The notes under the pieces are model-generated. The model saw only the letters and a list, made by a program, of their open reading frames with translations, made no database searches and was not told the origin of the DNA. 54,560 nucleotides of DNA from a virus (Duplodnaviria > Caudoviricetes): positions 1 to 54,560 of IMG/VR virus record IMGVR_UViG_3300032373_000010. The stretch is one strand, 5' to 3'. The translations under genes and the position numbers were made by a program. Shown here one piece after another: positions 54,058 through 54,560 of the stretch. Positions within the stretch are counted from its first letter, which is position 1. Every line of letters begins with the position of its first letter.

Positions 54058-54140
54058 GGTGAGCGCCCTTTCGCGGTGCTGGGTATGTCTCCCATTATAC
54101 GAGCGGAGTGTAAGCGCGCAAGTAATTTCCAAATGTAAGG
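54049..54140 (-). promoter_or_regulatory. Degenerate third copy of the early promoter module
   Basis: Shares CTTACACTCC-N3/4-CGTATAAT-N-GGAGACATACCCA and CCATGTCAGAC; -35-like TTGCGC. Confidence 0.75.
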
Positions 54141-54340
54141 CCTAAGTGTATATGTGACAGGGGGCTGAGAGGGGGCTGGCCGGTCACGAAATCACCAGAT
54201 CCATAGGCCTATAGAAAAAGTTAAGTCGCTACACCCCTAGTCGTATCTGAATTACTACCTTTACTCTTTACTTTTCTCTGGTCCCCTAGAAGTTGTTTTG
54301 TCGGTTAAATCCTATATCTCACAGGGGTTATGGAGAGGGG

Positions 54341-54387
54341 GGTTTCATAATGAAACCTTTCCAAATAGCGTTTCACATTATTGTGAA
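54341..54387. promoter_or_regulatory. Two operator-like palindromes
   Basis: GGTTTCAT-A-ATGAAACC (54341-54357) and TTCACA-TTAT-TGTGAA (54372-54387). Confidence 0.5.
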
Positions 54388-54433
54388 TCACGATCAAATG
54401 CCGGAAAAGCCCCCTCCGGGTGACCCCAAACAA

Positions 54434-54560
54434 TGCCCGGAAAAGGAAGCATGACGCACCGCGTCAAAGCACCCCTATTATTACAGTGTAGCCGGTAGGG
54501 CCAGAGACTACCCTAACAGACCCTAACACTGGCGATAGCTGGGGCCAGCCCCCTCCCCCC
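54434..54560. repeat. Terminal direct repeat (identical to 1-127)
   Basis: Exact match to the contig start. Confidence 0.95.

Overview
This window appears to be a complete, circularly assembled genome (54,433 bp unique; bases 1-127 recur at 54434-54560) of a GC-rich tailed dsDNA phage. It is most likely a lytic siphovirus: it has a tail tube and a 1515-aa tape measure, and I recognised no sheath, integrase or repressor. Layout: (i) a ~1 kb repeat-rich non-coding control region across the contig junction; (ii) a + strand block (0.6-9.4 kb) with membrane/lipoproteins, accessory virion proteins (discoidin-like, tail-collar), TerL and a gpF-like head protein; (iii) a long - strand morphogenesis operon (28.7 to 9.7 kb): XkdF-like protease, decoration protein, lambda gpE-type capsid, tail tube, frameshifted chaperones, TMP, GTA-type tail tip, and a PLA2-like gene at the end; (iv) a PBSX-type portal transcribed divergently from the capsid genes; (v) a - strand replication block (RuvC-like, DUF6378-like, histone H1-like, PolA, SSB, SF2 helicase, Cas4-like nuclease, AEP primase-helicase); (vi) ~9 kb of small early genes. 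The most unusual signals are: a ~128-nt tRNA-shaped RNA with two T-arms whose acceptor stem covers the likely RBS of the polymerase; a PolA with a Tyr-to-Gly motif B (DpoZ-like) but no purZ; strand-specific GAGTCC repeats at an exact 13-bp period hidden in and between early genes; single genes bracketed by duplicated gene-junction sequences; and no recognisable endolysin. All family assignments come from motif recognition by eye, not from database searches.
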